Notes: a model not told the origin generated them from the letters alone. A stretch of 64,000 bases of DNA from an uncultured Gammaproteobacteria bacterium (GCA_964500725.1 CAZCNP010000001.1:257520-321519), one strand, 5' to 3'; shown: positions 54,012-64,000, counted from the first letter of the stretch. Numbers and translations: made by a program.

Positions 54012-54689
54012 ATGAATAGCTTCAAGAAATATATTCAAACTTTAATAGTTGTTCCCCTAACTATTAGCACATTTGCAGGGGCAGAAAACACACCAAATCT
54101 TATTAATCCCCAACCAAAGATCTACGTGCTGGCCCAAAGGGAAATGTCACTTGATAACCGCTATGATGTCCAGTTTGTTAATGATGTATTTAAAGATAAT
54201 ATCTTATTAAATTTAGCATACCTGCGAGGCACAGTCACCAAAGCTGCTGACATAGACTGGAGGACAGTTACCAAACCTTTCCAGTATGAATTTACACTTT
54301 CCCCGAATAAAACTTTCGCCTACCATGAAGATGTCAAAGACCAATATAAGGGAAAAGTAGAAAAAACTACTAATGCCCATTTTAACGGGGCTGAGGGTTT
54401 TAAGACTGATGGATATTTATTTGGAGATGGAGTTTGTCATTTAGCATCTTTGCTTAATTGGGTAGCAAGAGAAGCAGAATTAGAAGTTGAGTCTCCTACC
54501 AACCATGACTTTGCTAAAATTAATGATATTTCCAAAGAATATGGAGTCTCTATCTACTCCTCCCCCTTTTCCAAAGGCTCAAACACCCTGCAAAACCTTT
54601 ATATTACCAACAATAAAAACAAACCAATAACATTTAAATTTGCATACAAAGATAACAAAGTCAGCGTGACTATAGTAAAAGAAGACTAA
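54012..54689 (+). CDS. VanW-like domain protein
   Basis: GYLFGDGVCHLASLL resembles VanW GGGVCQ; signal peptide. Confidence 0.7.
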   Translation: MNSFKKYIQTLIVVPLTISTFAGAENTPNLINPQPKIYVLAQREMSLDNRYDVQFVNDVFKDNILLNLAYLRGTVTKAADIDWRTVTKPFQYEFTLSPNKTFAYHEDVKDQYKGKVEKTTNAHFNGAEGFKTDGYLFGDGVCHLASLLNWVAREAELEVESPTNHDFAKINDISKEYGVSIYSSPFSKGSNTLQNLYITNNKNKPITFKFAYKDNKVSVTIVKED

Positions 54690-54729
54690 CTTCCTTTACA
54701 AGTTCCTAGTACTGCTTTAATATGAAATC

Positions 54730-56046
54730 ATGCCTCAAAAATCTCCTCCAGAGGAGCATCATGATCATGGAATATTAAAATTTCCTGAAGGGTTTTTATG
54801 GGGGGCTGCTACTTCTGCCCATCAAGTTGAAGGGGAAAATATTAACAGTGACTGGTGGACCTGGGAGCAAAAAAAGCCCTCTCATCTTCATTCAGGCAAA
54901 GCCTGTGACCAATATAATCTTTATGAACAGGACTTCGAACTGGCAAAACAACTTAACCATAATGCCCATAGGTTATCTATCGAATGGTCCAGGATTGAAC
55001 CCAAAGAAGGTGAATTTAATGAGGAGGGAATCCAGCATTATGTGAAAGTATTGAAGTGTTTAAAATCCCTTAATATGACTGTCATGCTAACACTCTGGCA
55101 CTTTACACTCCCTACCTGGCTGGCAGATAAAGGTGGTTGGGAAAATGAAAAAACTCCTTTCTATTTTGAAAGGTTTGTTAAAAAAATAACCCCATTTATA
55201 GGTTCCTATGTTGATTTGTGGGTAACTTTAAATGAACCAGGAGTGTATGTTTATGAAGGATATGTTAGAAGAGAATGGCCTCCCGCCAAAAAAAGCTGGC
55301 TTGGGCAACTTAGAACCTTTTTTAACTTAGTTGCTGCCCACAGGAGAGTTTATAAATATTTACATTCTGTTTATCCTGCAGGCAAACCTGTTGGTATTGC
55401 CAACAATATTTTATCTTTTGAATCTTTCCACAAACACTCTATCAAAGAACAGATTGCTGTATGGGCAAATGACCTTTTTGTGAACCACTTGTTTTATATG
55501 TTTACTAAAAATACCCATGATTTCTTAGGAATTAATTACTACTTTCATGTTCGTTTCAAGGATAAGGAGCTAGTCCCCCAAGCCAAAGATATTACTGGAT
55601 ATATTCATGAGGTCTCAGACTTAGGCTGGGAGATTTACCCTGAAGGAATTTTTGAAGTTTTGACTGATCTGGCAGATGATATACCTATTTATATTACTGA
55701 ATGTGGCATTGCCTCAACTAATGATGACAGAAGGAATAGATTTTTGATTTCTTATTTACAAGAAGTAGCCAGAGCTATCAAAGCAGGAGTCAACGTCAGA
55801 GGCTTTTTCTACTGGTCGCTGTTAGATAACTTTGAATGGCACCTGGGATTTGACCCCAAGTTTGGCCTGGTAGAAGTTGACTACAAAACCCAAAAAAGGC
55901 ATATCCGGCCTTCTGCTTTAGTTTATACAGATATTATTCAAAATAACGGTATTCCTCATGCCCTGCTTCGCTTTATCGGCCACACTGTCCAGGCAGAAGA
56001 AGTATTGGAAAAAAGACAAAAAGAGATAGAAAAAGAGCTGAAATAA
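54730..56046 (+). CDS. Glycoside hydrolase family 1
   Basis: FPEGFLWGAATSAHQVEG, RLSIEWSRIEP, TLNEP, YITECG, WSLLDNFEW. Confidence 0.97.
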   Translation: MPQKSPPEEHHDHGILKFPEGFLWGAATSAHQVEGENINSDWWTWEQKKPSHLHSGKACDQYNLYEQDFELAKQLNHNAHRLSIEWSRIEPKEGEFNEEGIQHYVKVLKCLKSLNMTVMLTLWHFTLPTWLADKGGWENEKTPFYFERFVKKITPFIGSYVDLWVTLNEPGVYVYEGYVRREWPPAKKSWLGQLRTFFNLVAAHRRVYKYLHSVYPAGKPVGIANNILSFESFHKHSIKEQIAVWANDLFVNHLFYMFTKNTHDFLGINYYFHVRFKDKELVPQAKDITGYIHEVSDLGWEIYPEGIFEVLTDLADDIPIYITECGIASTNDDRRNRFLISYLQEVARAIKAGVNVRGFFYWSLLDNFEWHLGFDPKFGLVEVDYKTQKRHIRPSALVYTDIIQNNGIPHALLRFIGHTVQAEEVLEKRQKEIEKELK

Positions 56047-56939
56047 TGTCCCATCTTCCTTTTACTTTAGCAGCATACCTTTTTAACGCCTTGGCAGTTC
56101 TGACCAATAAGTTTTTACTCTATAAAACTATCCCTGAACCAATAGTTTATGTTTTTTATATCAGCTTGGTATCTTTACTGGCAATTTTGGCCTTACCTTT
56201 TACTAAAATACCCTCCCTAGAGGTATTTTTGACTGCCTCTTTATCAACTATTCTCTGGACAACTGGGGCATATTTTATGTTCAAAGCCTTAAAAATTGGC
56301 CAAGTCTCAAGAGTTATCCCTATTATTGGTACGGCGATCCCCTTGATTTTGTTAATTTTTGCCTCATCAACCAATGCTATCTCCCAGATTCAAATTATTG
56401 CTACTGTAGTTTTAATAATTGGCATGGTTTTTCTAACTAGATCTGACTGGAGAGGAGATTTGCCCAAAAAAGAAATTATTTTTGAGGCTTTGTCAGCTTT
56501 AGCCTTTGCCCTTTCCTATATTATCTTAAGAGAGGCATATCTAAAATTAGATTTCTTTTCCGTTATAGTCTGGTCAAGACTAATCCTGCTGCCTTTAGGT
56601 ATCCTGATGCTGTTGATTCCTAAATTGAGAGCAAAAATTATTACCTCAAAAGGTCCATCTGTTAATTTTTTCTCTAAACCAGGGTTGATATTTTTAGGAG
56701 GACAAACTGCTGGAACTATTTCAGAACTGCTGCTTTTATTTTCTATCTCTTTGACAAACCCAGCTTTGGTAAATTCTTTGCAGGGTACCCAATATATCTT
56801 TTTACTAGCTTTATCAGCTATTCTAGCCAGGTTTTATCCAGGTATTTTCAGGGAAAAATATACTCTATCTAGTATGCTGTCTAAAACCATTGGGATAGGG
56901 TTTATTGGAATTGGGCTGTATTTGTTGGCCTTTGGGTAA
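56046..56939 (+). CDS. EamA/DMT-like membrane protein
   Basis: About 10 TMs, ALKIGQVSRVIP, LVNSLQGTQY. Confidence 0.75.
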   Translation: MSHLPFTLAAYLFNALAVLTNKFLLYKTIPEPIVYVFYISLVSLLAILALPFTKIPSLEVFLTASLSTILWTTGAYFMFKALKIGQVSRVIPIIGTAIPLILLIFASSTNAISQIQIIATVVLIIGMVFLTRSDWRGDLPKKEIIFEALSALAFALSYIILREAYLKLDFFSVIVWSRLILLPLGILMLLIPKLRAKIITSKGPSVNFFSKPGLIFLGGQTAGTISELLLLFSISLTNPALVNSLQGTQYIFLLALSAILARFYPGIFREKYTLSSMLSKTIGIGFIGIGLYLLAFG

Positions 56940-57791
56940 ACTTAAATCTATAGCCACAATTTCAAACACTCTCCTTTCTCTTCTTACTTTCACCTGCATC
57001 CCTGCGTCTTGTCTTATCTCTATTGTATCTCCGTCAACCCATAAACTTTGGCCCTGCATTGCATCACAATCAGTATTAACTTGCTCAGTTTTAAGAATTG
57101 ATTGAGGAGGCACTATCCCTCTTGACCAACAAGCTAGGGTAATCAAAAGTTTGTTTAATCTCACAGCTTTCAATCTACCTTCAATCCAGGCATGTGTTAA
57201 ACTTCGAGAATTGTCTACTTTTTGATTCGGGAAAGCCTTTACAACTCCTAAATAGGGCGAGGTAGAAAATATGTTTAAAGTCACATCATCGGAAGGCTTT
57301 AGAGTATTTAGATAACTAAGAACTGGGATTAATTTGGACCTGATCGCTCCAGGCACCCATCTATACCTTTTATTTAAATTGCCTATCGCTATTTCAAGAG
57401 TACCGGTACCGCAATCAACCAAAAATAGATGCTCTCCGAACTTGCCTGGATGAAAATAAGACGGCCGTAAAGTCCCTTCCTGCCTCGGCTTAACAAACTG
57501 TTCTGGAGTTTGACGGGCTATTTGCAGCAAATTATTATAAAAAATATGATTTGTCCCTGAAGGCAATAATCCTATATGATACTCTGCCCCACTATTATAC
57601 AGGTGCGAAACCACCTTGTTTGCTGTTCCGTCTCCTCCACCTATCAGTATTAGTTTGCAATCATCCAGTTGAGGCAATTGCCTTGCTTCTGACACCACCC
57701 TACCTGTATGTTGAGAAGTAAAATCCTTAACAAACCTGACCACTTCTTTACTTGCATAGGGATCAAGAAATATTCCTATTTCACCATTCAT
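56865..57791 (-). CDS. Diacylglycerol-kinase-family (YegS/DAGK-like) protein
   Basis: IGGGDGT, LLPSGTN, WVDGD. Start probably ATG 57791. The 3' end overlaps the convergent EamA gene. Confidence 0.75.
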   Translation of the reverse strand: MNGEIGIFLDPYASKEVVRFVKDFTSQHTGRVVSEARQLPQLDDCKLILIGGGDGTANKVVSHLYNSGAEYHIGLLPSGTNHIFYNNLLQIARQTPEQFVKPRQEGTLRPSYFHPGKFGEHLFLVDCGTGTLEIAIGNLNKRYRWVPGAIRSKLIPVLSYLNTLKPSDDVTLNIFSTSPYLGVVKAFPNQKVDNSRSLTHAWIEGRLKAVRLNKLLITLACWSRGIVPPQSILKTEQVNTDCDAMQGQSLWVDGDTIEIRQDAGMQVKVRRERRVFEIVAIDLSLPKGQQIQPNSNKPYPNGFRQHTR

Positions 57792-57837
57792 AAGTTTTGT
57801 ATTATACAACTTATAGAAAAAGTTTTAGGGATTAAAT

Positions 57838-60225
57838 TTGCCTATTGCACTTCTTCAGAGAAATATTTTAGAATGCGGGCAGTTAAGCTATATGTCCGGC
57901 AAGCACGAACTTATGCCCAAAGGACGAAGAAAAAAAACTATTACCAGGCCCTCTGTTTTAATGATTGCTCTTCTTTTGGTAAAAATTATCTTAATTAAAG
58001 TTGGCCAGCTGCCACTTTTACCTCTTCGCAGCCTTGCAAATATCTCTATGCATGGCCGAAAAACCAAACGCGGCAGATCAAGAACTATACCAATACCTTT
58101 AGTAAAACAGGTGCCAACTTATACCAAAAGGGCTTTTACCAATATTACGGCCTTTTTGAACAAAAAAAGAAACAGAGGTAGGCCTAAAAAATTCCGTCTA
58201 TCAAAAAGGGCTAAAATTGCCATCTGTTTAGCAGTGTTTTTTATATTCGTTTCTTCCTATACCCTTTTTATACTCACAGCAGCATATGCTCTTCCTAATC
58301 CTAACAAACTCTCGTCTTCTGCCTTACCTATCACTACAGAAATCTATGATCGTAATGGAATTTTGCTTTACAGGATTTATGATGGCAGCAACCGCACCCT
58401 AGTTAAACTTCCTGAAGTTCCTAAAAGCTTAATCCAAGCAACGCTGGCAATAGAAGATCAGAATTTTTATCGACATTTTGGTATTGATTTCTCTGCAATA
58501 GCTCGTGCTCTTTATCGCAATATCACCACAGGCTCCCATGAAGGAGCCTCCACTATTACCCAACAGCTTATTAAAAACTCCCTGCTGACCCCTGAAAAAA
58601 CTTATACCCGCAAGATGCGGGAAGGCATACTGGCTTTATGGGCAGAAATCATTTATTCGAAAGAACAAATTTTGCAGATGTATCTAAATGAAGCCCCATA
58701 CGGAGGGTCAATCATGGGTATTGCAGCAGCCTCTCAAACCTATTTTGATAAGTCCCCCTCAGAACTTACTTTGGAGGAAAGTTCTTACCTGGCAGGACTA
58801 CCTGCCTCACCTACCCAGTTTTCCCCTTATGGCTCAAGCCCTAAACTGGCCAAACAGCGCCAAAAAGAAGTTTTGCAACAAATGGTGGAGAATAAATATA
58901 TTACCCAATTTCAAGCAGATGAAGCATACAAACAAGATCTTAATATTAAACCACTAAAAAATAATATTTTAGCTCCTCACTTTGTTTTTTACATTAGAGA
59001 CTATTTGTCAGAAAAATTAGGTCCAAAGCTTGTCTCGCAAGGAGGCTTAAAAGTTTATACCACCCTGGATCTACAGCTACAGCAAAAAGTAGAAGAAATA
59101 GTTAAAAATGAGGTAGATAGTCTCCAAAACTTGAATGTTAAAAATGGCGCAGCAATGGTGACAGATGCGGTTACTGGCCAAATTTTGGCTATGGTAGGCT
59201 CCAGATCTTATCATTATCCTGGTTTTGGCAACTACAATGCTGCTTTGGCTCTTCGCCAGCCAGGGTCTTCTATTAAACCAATTACTTATGCTGCAGCTTT
59301 GAAAAATGGGTTCAGCCCTAGCAATATTCTTTTAGATACGCCAGTCACATTCCGTGACGAGTGGGGCAATGGATATTCCCCAGTAAATTATGATGGTACT
59401 TTTCATGGCCCGGTAACCTTAAGACAGGCTTTAGGCAGTTCTTTAAATATACCTGCAGTCAAACTTTTGGCCACTGTAGGAATTGAGGCTTTTGCCCAAA
59501 CAGCCAGGGATTTAGGAATCACCACTATCGATAATCCTAAACAATATGGGTTGTCTTTAACTTTAGGGTCAGCTGAAGTTAAAATGATTGAGATGATGGG
59601 GGTTTACGGAGCCTTTTCCCAGCTAGGCCAGTTAAACCCACCCACCGGTATTTTAGAAGTCACAGATTCTTCTGGTTATATTCTAGAAGAGTATGAAAAT
59701 TCCTCAAAACAAACTCTTTTACCGGAAACTGCCTTCCTAATCACCCATATCTTATCAGATGATAATGCCAGGAAAATGGCTTTCGGCGCCAACTCTTTAC
59801 TCAAAATCAAGGGTTATGAGGTGGCAGTCAAAACAGGTACTTCTGACAGCAAAAGGGATAACTGGACTTTTGGCTATACTCCAAAGTATGTAGTAGGAGT
59901 TTGGGTAGGCAACCCTGATAATACCCCCATGAATCCTAATCTTGCCTCAGGAATAACAGGAGCAGCCCCAATTTGGAATAAAATCATGCATAAGCTTTTG
60001 GATAACACAACTCCTTTAGCTTTTCAAAAACCATCAGAGATAAAAGAAGTGGCAGTTGATGGGAAAAAAGACCTGGGAGTTGCAGGAAATATCCCCAAAG
60101 CCATGGTCAGAGTCCAAAAAAAGGAAGACAAACTAATTTTTTCTGATCCATTCTCTTCTTATGCTACACCTTCTGCCTTAACTAACCAGCCTCTTTCACC
60201 AGCCACATTCCAATCTACCAATTAA
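57838..60225 (+). CDS. Class A penicillin-binding protein (transglycosylase-transpeptidase)
   Basis: AIEDQNFY, GASTITQQL, RKMRE, RQPGSSIKP, SLNIPAV, KTGTS. True start probably ATG near 57913. Confidence 0.95.
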   Translation: MPIALLQRNILECGQLSYMSGKHELMPKGRRKKTITRPSVLMIALLLVKIILIKVGQLPLLPLRSLANISMHGRKTKRGRSRTIPIPLVKQVPTYTKRAFTNITAFLNKKRNRGRPKKFRLSKRAKIAICLAVFFIFVSSYTLFILTAAYALPNPNKLSSSALPITTEIYDRNGILLYRIYDGSNRTLVKLPEVPKSLIQATLAIEDQNFYRHFGIDFSAIARALYRNITTGSHEGASTITQQLIKNSLLTPEKTYTRKMREGILALWAEIIYSKEQILQMYLNEAPYGGSIMGIAAASQTYFDKSPSELTLEESSYLAGLPASPTQFSPYGSSPKLAKQRQKEVLQQMVENKYITQFQADEAYKQDLNIKPLKNNILAPHFVFYIRDYLSEKLGPKLVSQGGLKVYTTLDLQLQQKVEEIVKNEVDSLQNLNVKNGAAMVTDAVTGQILAMVGSRSYHYPGFGNYNAALALRQPGSSIKPITYAAALKNGFSPSNILLDTPVTFRDEWGNGYSPVNYDGTFHGPVTLRQALGSSLNIPAVKLLATVGIEAFAQTARDLGITTIDNPKQYGLSLTLGSAEVKMIEMMGVYGAFSQLGQLNPPTGILEVTDSSGYILEEYENSSKQTLLPETAFLITHILSDDNARKMAFGANSLLKIKGYEVAVKTGTSDSKRDNWTFGYTPKYVVGVWVGNPDNTPMNPNLASGITGAAPIWNKIMHKLLDNTTPLAFQKPSEIKEVAVDGKKDLGVAGNIPKAMVRVQKKEDKLIFSDPFSSYATPSALTNQPLSPATFQSTN

Positions 60226-60256
60226 TTTTTGATCCCAATTTTCCAAACTCCTAAAT

Positions 60257-60652
60257 TCACGTTGTAAGCACTACCCAACCGCGGAGGTCAGATTTTTTTA
60301 TTTTAATTGGTGAGGTAATAAATCTGGTGCAGTTTCCAATAAAAATTAGGGTTCCAAAACGGGCATTTTTATTCTTTTCCCAGTACCCTTCTCCTACTGC
60401 CAAGTCATTTTTATAACCCTCTTTCAACTGATTTAAATCATTCTCTTCAAAACCATCAAAAAAGATCACTTTTTTTACTCTAAATTGGCCAATTATGTCT
60501 TTACCAGAAGGTTTAATATAGACTAAATCCCCACTAGAAATAACCCCAAAAGGAGGATTTTTTGCCTTGGAAAAACGGGATTCAATAGTTTTTTTACCGG
60601 ACAATATATCCTCCCCTACTTCTCCTTTGAAAATAGCCAGATGTTTTTGCAT
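60257..60652 (-). CDS. ASCH/PUA-like domain protein
   Basis: ILSGKKTIESR (GxKxxExR), GDLVY; start re-assigned to ATG 60652. Confidence 0.8.
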   Translation of the reverse strand: MQKHLAIFKGEVGEDILSGKKTIESRFSKAKNPPFGVISSGDLVYIKPSGKDIIGQFRVKKVIFFDGFEENDLNQLKEGYKNDLAVGEGYWEKNKNARFGTLIFIGNCTRFITSPIKIKKSDLRGWVVLTT

Positions 60653-60702
60653 ATTAATGCTATCTTGAATTATACTACTACCTTTGATATACTTGACAAA
60701 GT

Positions 60703-60726
60703 GCCTCCAAAAATGGAGGCTTTTTT
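60703..60726 (+). terminator. Terminator-like hairpin upstream of secE
   Basis: GCCTCCA-AAAA-TGGAGGC followed by T6. Confidence 0.45.
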
Positions 60727-60838
60727 GTATCGGACTGAAGATCAAAACAACTAAAATTTCTAAAAAATTGTTTTGATCAAGGGAGATCGCTTGCAAAAAA
60801 ATGTCTAAATGACAATTTTTTGACAAGGGTAAAACAAA

Positions 60839-61024
60839 ATGAATCCTGTCAATTTTTTAAAGGAGGTTAAAGAAGAGTTAGGAAAAGTAGCCTGGCCAAC
60901 CAGGGAGCAAACCATCCGCTACACTGTATTAGTAATACTAGTAGCTGTAGTAGTAGGTTTGTTCTTGGGAGGATTAGATGCTGTCTTAACAGCTCTAACA
61001 GGGTTTTTGCTAAACAATAAATAA
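60839..61024 (+). CDS. secE: Preprotein translocase SecE
   Basis: FLKEVKEELGKVAWPTR plus TM; precedes nusG. Confidence 0.95.
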   Translation: MNPVNFLKEVKEELGKVAWPTREQTIRYTVLVILVAVVVGLFLGGLDAVLTALTGFLLNNK

Positions 61025-61025
61025 T

Positions 61026-61721
61026 ATGGACGACAATCAAACAAATCAAAATACTATTGAAGAGCAAACTGAAGAATCAGCCAGCGAAACTCCCTCTACT
61101 GAAGAACAAGTAGAATCTAATGAGTCTGATACTTCCTCTGAAACAGAAACACCATCCAATGAAGCTGCCCAACCAGCTGATGACAAAAAGAGCAGTCCTA
61201 ATGCTAAGTGGTATGTAGTCCATACCTATTCTGGCCATGAAAACAAAGTTGCCCACACCTTAAAACAAAGAATTGAATCTGAGCATTTGGAAAATAAAAT
61301 TCTGGATGTTTTAGTCCCAATGCAGGATAAAATTGAAATCAAAGGTGGCAAGAAATTATCTGTTAAAGAAAAAATCTTTCCTGGCTATATTTTAGTTAAA
61401 ATGGTTTTGGATGATACCTCTTGGCTGGCTGTCAGAACTACCCAAGGAGTAACTAGCTTTGTAGGTATGGGCAACAAACCCACTCCTATTTCTGATCAAG
61501 AAGTTCAAACTATTGTTAAATTTACTCAAACTGAAGCTCCAATGTACAAACAAGTTTTCTCAGAGAGTGACACAGTCAAAATTGTGGATGGTCCATTTGC
61601 TGACTTTATAGGTAAAATTGATTCAGTTGATCAGGAAAAAGGAAAAGTGCGAGTTTTAGTATCTATCTTTGGCAGGGAAACACCAGTAGAATTAGACTTT
61701 CTGCAAGTGCAAAAAATCTAA
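61026..61721 (+). CDS. nusG: Transcription factor NusG with acidic N-terminal extension
   Basis: WYVVHTYSGHE, FPGYILV, KOW motif GPFADF, IFGRETPVEL. Confidence 0.97.
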   Translation: MDDNQTNQNTIEEQTEESASETPSTEEQVESNESDTSSETETPSNEAAQPADDKKSSPNAKWYVVHTYSGHENKVAHTLKQRIESEHLENKILDVLVPMQDKIEIKGGKKLSVKEKIFPGYILVKMVLDDTSWLAVRTTQGVTSFVGMGNKPTPISDQEVQTIVKFTQTEAPMYKQVFSESDTVKIVDGPFADFIGKIDSVDQEKGKVRVLVSIFGRETPVELDFLQVQKI

Positions 61722-61735
61722 AATTCAACTAACTT

Positions 61736-62161
61736 ATGGCAAAGAAGGTAAAAACATTTATAAAATTAAATATTCCTGCAGGTGAAGCAACTCCTGCTCC
61801 TCCAGTTGGCCCTGCTTTAGGCCAACAAGGACTTCCTATTATGGAGTTTGTCAAAGCTTTCAATGATAAAACTGCTGAGAAAAAAGGCAATATCTTGCCT
61901 GTAGTGATTACTGTTTATGAAGATAGGACCTTCTCTTTTATTACCAAAGAACCTCCTGTTGCTGAAATGATCAAAAAAACCCTATCTTTGGAAAAAGGCT
62001 CTGGCACTGCTTTAAAAGATGCTGTGGGGACATTAACCCAAGCTCAAGTAAAAACTATTGCTGAGGCTAAACTACCTGATTTAAACACCAGAAATGTTGA
62101 AGCTGCTATGAGAATAGTAGAAGGCACAGCCAGAAGTATGGGAGTGAAAATAAATGGGTAG
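61736..62161 (+). CDS. rplK: 50S ribosomal protein L11
   Basis: [20 protein letters not shown]. Confidence 0.98.
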   Translation: MAKKVKTFIKLNIPAGEATPAPPVGPALGQQGLPIMEFVKAFNDKTAEKKGNILPVVITVYEDRTFSFITKEPPVAEMIKKTLSLEKGSGTALKDAVGTLTQAQVKTIAEAKLPDLNTRNVEAAMRIVEGTARSMGVKING

Positions 62162-62966
62162 ACCAAAAATAAAAATTATTGATGATTCAGCTCCAGAAGC
62201 TGAAGAAAAAGAAAAAAAGGTTAAATCCTCTGATAAACCAGAGATTTCTGAGTCTGCAGCTGCAAATGAAACAAAAACAGCTTCACCAGAAGTTAAAACA
62301 GAGACCAAAAAGCCTCAAAAACCAGGCAAGGAAAAACCTAGAAGCAAAAAATACCAAGAATTAACTAAAGATTTAGACAGAAACAAAAACTACCCCTTAA
62401 ATGAGGCTATAGAAACAGTTAAAAAATTATCATATTCTAAGTTTGAAGGTAGTTTAGAGGCTCATATTAATACAGCAACTACCGGAATCAGAGGATTAGT
62501 TTCCCTGCCTTTTGCCTCCGGCAGAAAACTGCGCATTATAGCTTTTGGTAATGGCGCTGAAACCTCAGGCGCAGATACTGCCGGCACTGAAGATACTATT
62601 GAAAGCATCAACAAAGGCAAAATCGACTTTGATATTGTAGTTACCACCCCTGCATGGATGAGCAAACTTGCCAAAGTAGCCAGAATCTTAGGTCCTAGAG
62701 GACTAATGCCTAATCCTAAAAATGGCACAATTACAGACGATCTTAAAAGATCGGTCGAAGGCTTCCAGGCTGGCAAAACAGAATATAAAACCGAAAGCAA
62801 AGCTCCAGTTATTCATATGGCTTTAGGTAAAATAAACCAACCCACAGAAGAGCTATCAGCCAATATTAAAACTTTACTTCAAACTTTAGGCAAAACTAGA
62901 GTTAAAAAAGTAACCCTTTCCCCAACCATGGGTCCATCAGTTAAATTAGATCTTTCTTCTATTTAA
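62154..62966 (+). CDS. rplA: 50S ribosomal protein L1 with charged N-terminal extension
   Basis: [20 protein letters not shown]. Confidence 0.95.
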   Translation: MGRPKIKIIDDSAPEAEEKEKKVKSSDKPEISESAAANETKTASPEVKTETKKPQKPGKEKPRSKKYQELTKDLDRNKNYPLNEAIETVKKLSYSKFEGSLEAHINTATTGIRGLVSLPFASGRKLRIIAFGNGAETSGADTAGTEDTIESINKGKIDFDIVVTTPAWMSKLAKVARILGPRGLMPNPKNGTITDDLKRSVEGFQAGKTEYKTESKAPVIHMALGKINQPTEELSANIKTLLQTLGKTRVKKVTLSPTMGPSVKLDLSSI

Positions 62967-63243
62967 CCTCAAATCCTACCTTTAGTTTTAAACCTAATGC
63001 TCCTGCCAGTTTTTTTAGAAGACCTATTGATGGGTTTGAATTCATTCCTTCAATTCTGGAGATCACAGCCTGGGTTGTATGGGCTTTTCTAGCCAATTCC
63101 CTTTGTGAAATATTTCTTTTAAGACGAACTTCAATAAGTTTTCTGCCTAGTTGATACTCAACCTCAGAATCCTCCCAGGTTTTTCTAAATTCTGGATCTT
63201 TTAGACTCTCTTCCAAGTGTTGTTCAAAAGTATATCTTTTCAT
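62959..63243 (-). CDS. XRE-HTH antitoxin (HigA-like)
   Basis: ISQRELARKAHTTQAVISRIE, NPSIGLLKKLA. Confidence 0.88.
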   Translation of the reverse strand: MKRYTFEQHLEESLKDPEFRKTWEDSEVEYQLGRKLIEVRLKRNISQRELARKAHTTQAVISRIEGMNSNPSIGLLKKLAGALGLKLKVGFEVK

Positions 63244-63269
63244 ATATTGTCATAATATCTTAAAAGATA

Positions 63270-63611
63270 TCATTTGTCAATCGGCGGTATTCTGGACAAA
63301 GCAATTGCAATCTCTTTAGGAGGAGTTTTATCAGTCTTCTTGACAAATGCATGAAGTAGCAGAATTTTCTTCTCTTGCCTGGTTATATAAAATATACGCA
63401 CACTATCTCCTCCCAGAATCCTTATTTCCCAAATTGGTGTACCTGCTAACTTCTTAATATGTGGGATTGCTACAGTCAATCCATATTCCTTAATGTATTG
63501 AAAAATCCTAAAAGCTTTTGATTTAACAACAGGACGCTCGTCTAAGAAGTTTTTTACAGGGCTATCGCCTGAAGATGAAATATAGTAGTTAATTTGCCAA
63601 CCCTCATCCAT
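63270..63611 (-). CDS. RelE/HigB (Gp49-like) toxin
   Basis: PHIKKL..PIWEIRI...RIFY...LLHAFVKKTDKTPPKEI; toxin-first order. Confidence 0.9.
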   Translation of the reverse strand: MDEGWQINYYISSSGDSPVKNFLDERPVVKSKAFRIFQYIKEYGLTVAIPHIKKLAGTPIWEIRILGGDSVRIFYITRQEKKILLLHAFVKKTDKTPPKEIAIALSRIPPIDK

Positions 63612-64000
63612 TTTTTTCTCTTTTTAAAACTTTTTTAAAAATTACTCCTACATCAATCTTGAGGCTATAAAGAGAAATCAGACCAAAAATTAATATAAAA
63701 ATAGCTGCAAGAATATGCCATAAAACTACCATTGTTGAGGCTAAATTAGTAGAAATTCCAAATATTCCAGAAAGTATCAAAAGCCCTGAAGCCTCAGCTG
63801 AACCCACATACCCTGGAGCTGCTGGGATTAAATAGGTTAAAGCAGATAGAAGCTGCCCTAAATACATTTTTAAAAACTCCTGATTTACCCCTAAAGCAAT
63901 AAAGGTAAAATACCAAATTGCTGCATCTGCAGCATAGGCCAAAACTGTGATTGCTATCATATAAAACAAATCTTTTGGGTGCCTATTTAGAATTGAGAAT
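63604..64000 (-). CDS. Lysylphosphatidylglycerol-synthase-TM / flippase-like membrane protein (3' part)
   Basis: IPAAPGYVGSAEA motif; frame stays open to the window edge. Confidence 0.8.
   Translation of the reverse strand, partial: FSILNRHPKDLFYMIAITVLAYAADAAIWYFTFIALGVNQEFLKMYLGQLLSALTYLIPAAPGYVGSAEASGLLILSGIFGISTNLASTMVVLWHILAAIFILIFGLISLYSLKIDVGVIFKKVLKREKNG

Noticed and set aside
56865-56939. 75-nt convergent overlap of the EamA and DAGK-like genes as a regulatory feature
   Set aside because: The overlapping tail looks like read-through after a lost stop codon; nothing supports a function.
236-62800. Many short antisense or alternate-frame ORFs in the track (e.g. 697-999, 9320-9742, 27137-27574, 44130-44477, 62462-62800)
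   Set aside because: They are shadows of well-supported genes on the other strand or frame.
1-64000. CRISPR array or cas genes
   Set aside because: No run of equal-length direct repeats with unique spacers and no cas-like ORF seen.

Overview
AT-rich, gene-dense bacterial chromosome segment. Compact gene forms, CPR-type L28 and EF-Ts, and few Shine-Dalgarno sites suggest a CPR/Patescibacteria (Microgenomates-like) genome; this is inference, not a database result. The backbone carries frr-tsf-rpsB, a folA-thyA-dut-dcd-tmk/pyrG nucleotide cluster, topA, dprA, mreBCD-mrdA, pyrF/E/D, def-fmt, rpmB, rpmG and secE-nusG-rplK-rplA, plus two type II toxin-antitoxin pairs. The most interesting part is 35.1-52.3 kb. 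It holds a 6S-like RNA, tRNA-Thr(TGT), a free-standing LAGLIDADG-like ORF, and a tRNA-Thr(GGT) split by a 158-nt group I intron. A ~15.6-kb serine-integrase element is inserted at the 3' end of that tRNA. The element has an att site inside the integrase ORF, a third att-like copy in inverted orientation, and a pseudoknot-capable integrase leader RNA. Its cargo centres on a 1571-aa protein fusing a complete SNF2-family helicase/ATPase to a complete RpoD-like sigma70 with extra HTH modules; this is the best candidate for an undescribed system. Also seen: two ATA starts overlapping upstream stop codons, widespread leaderless-type promoters, and 7-bp tandem repeats. All calls come from reading motifs by eye; no searches were run.
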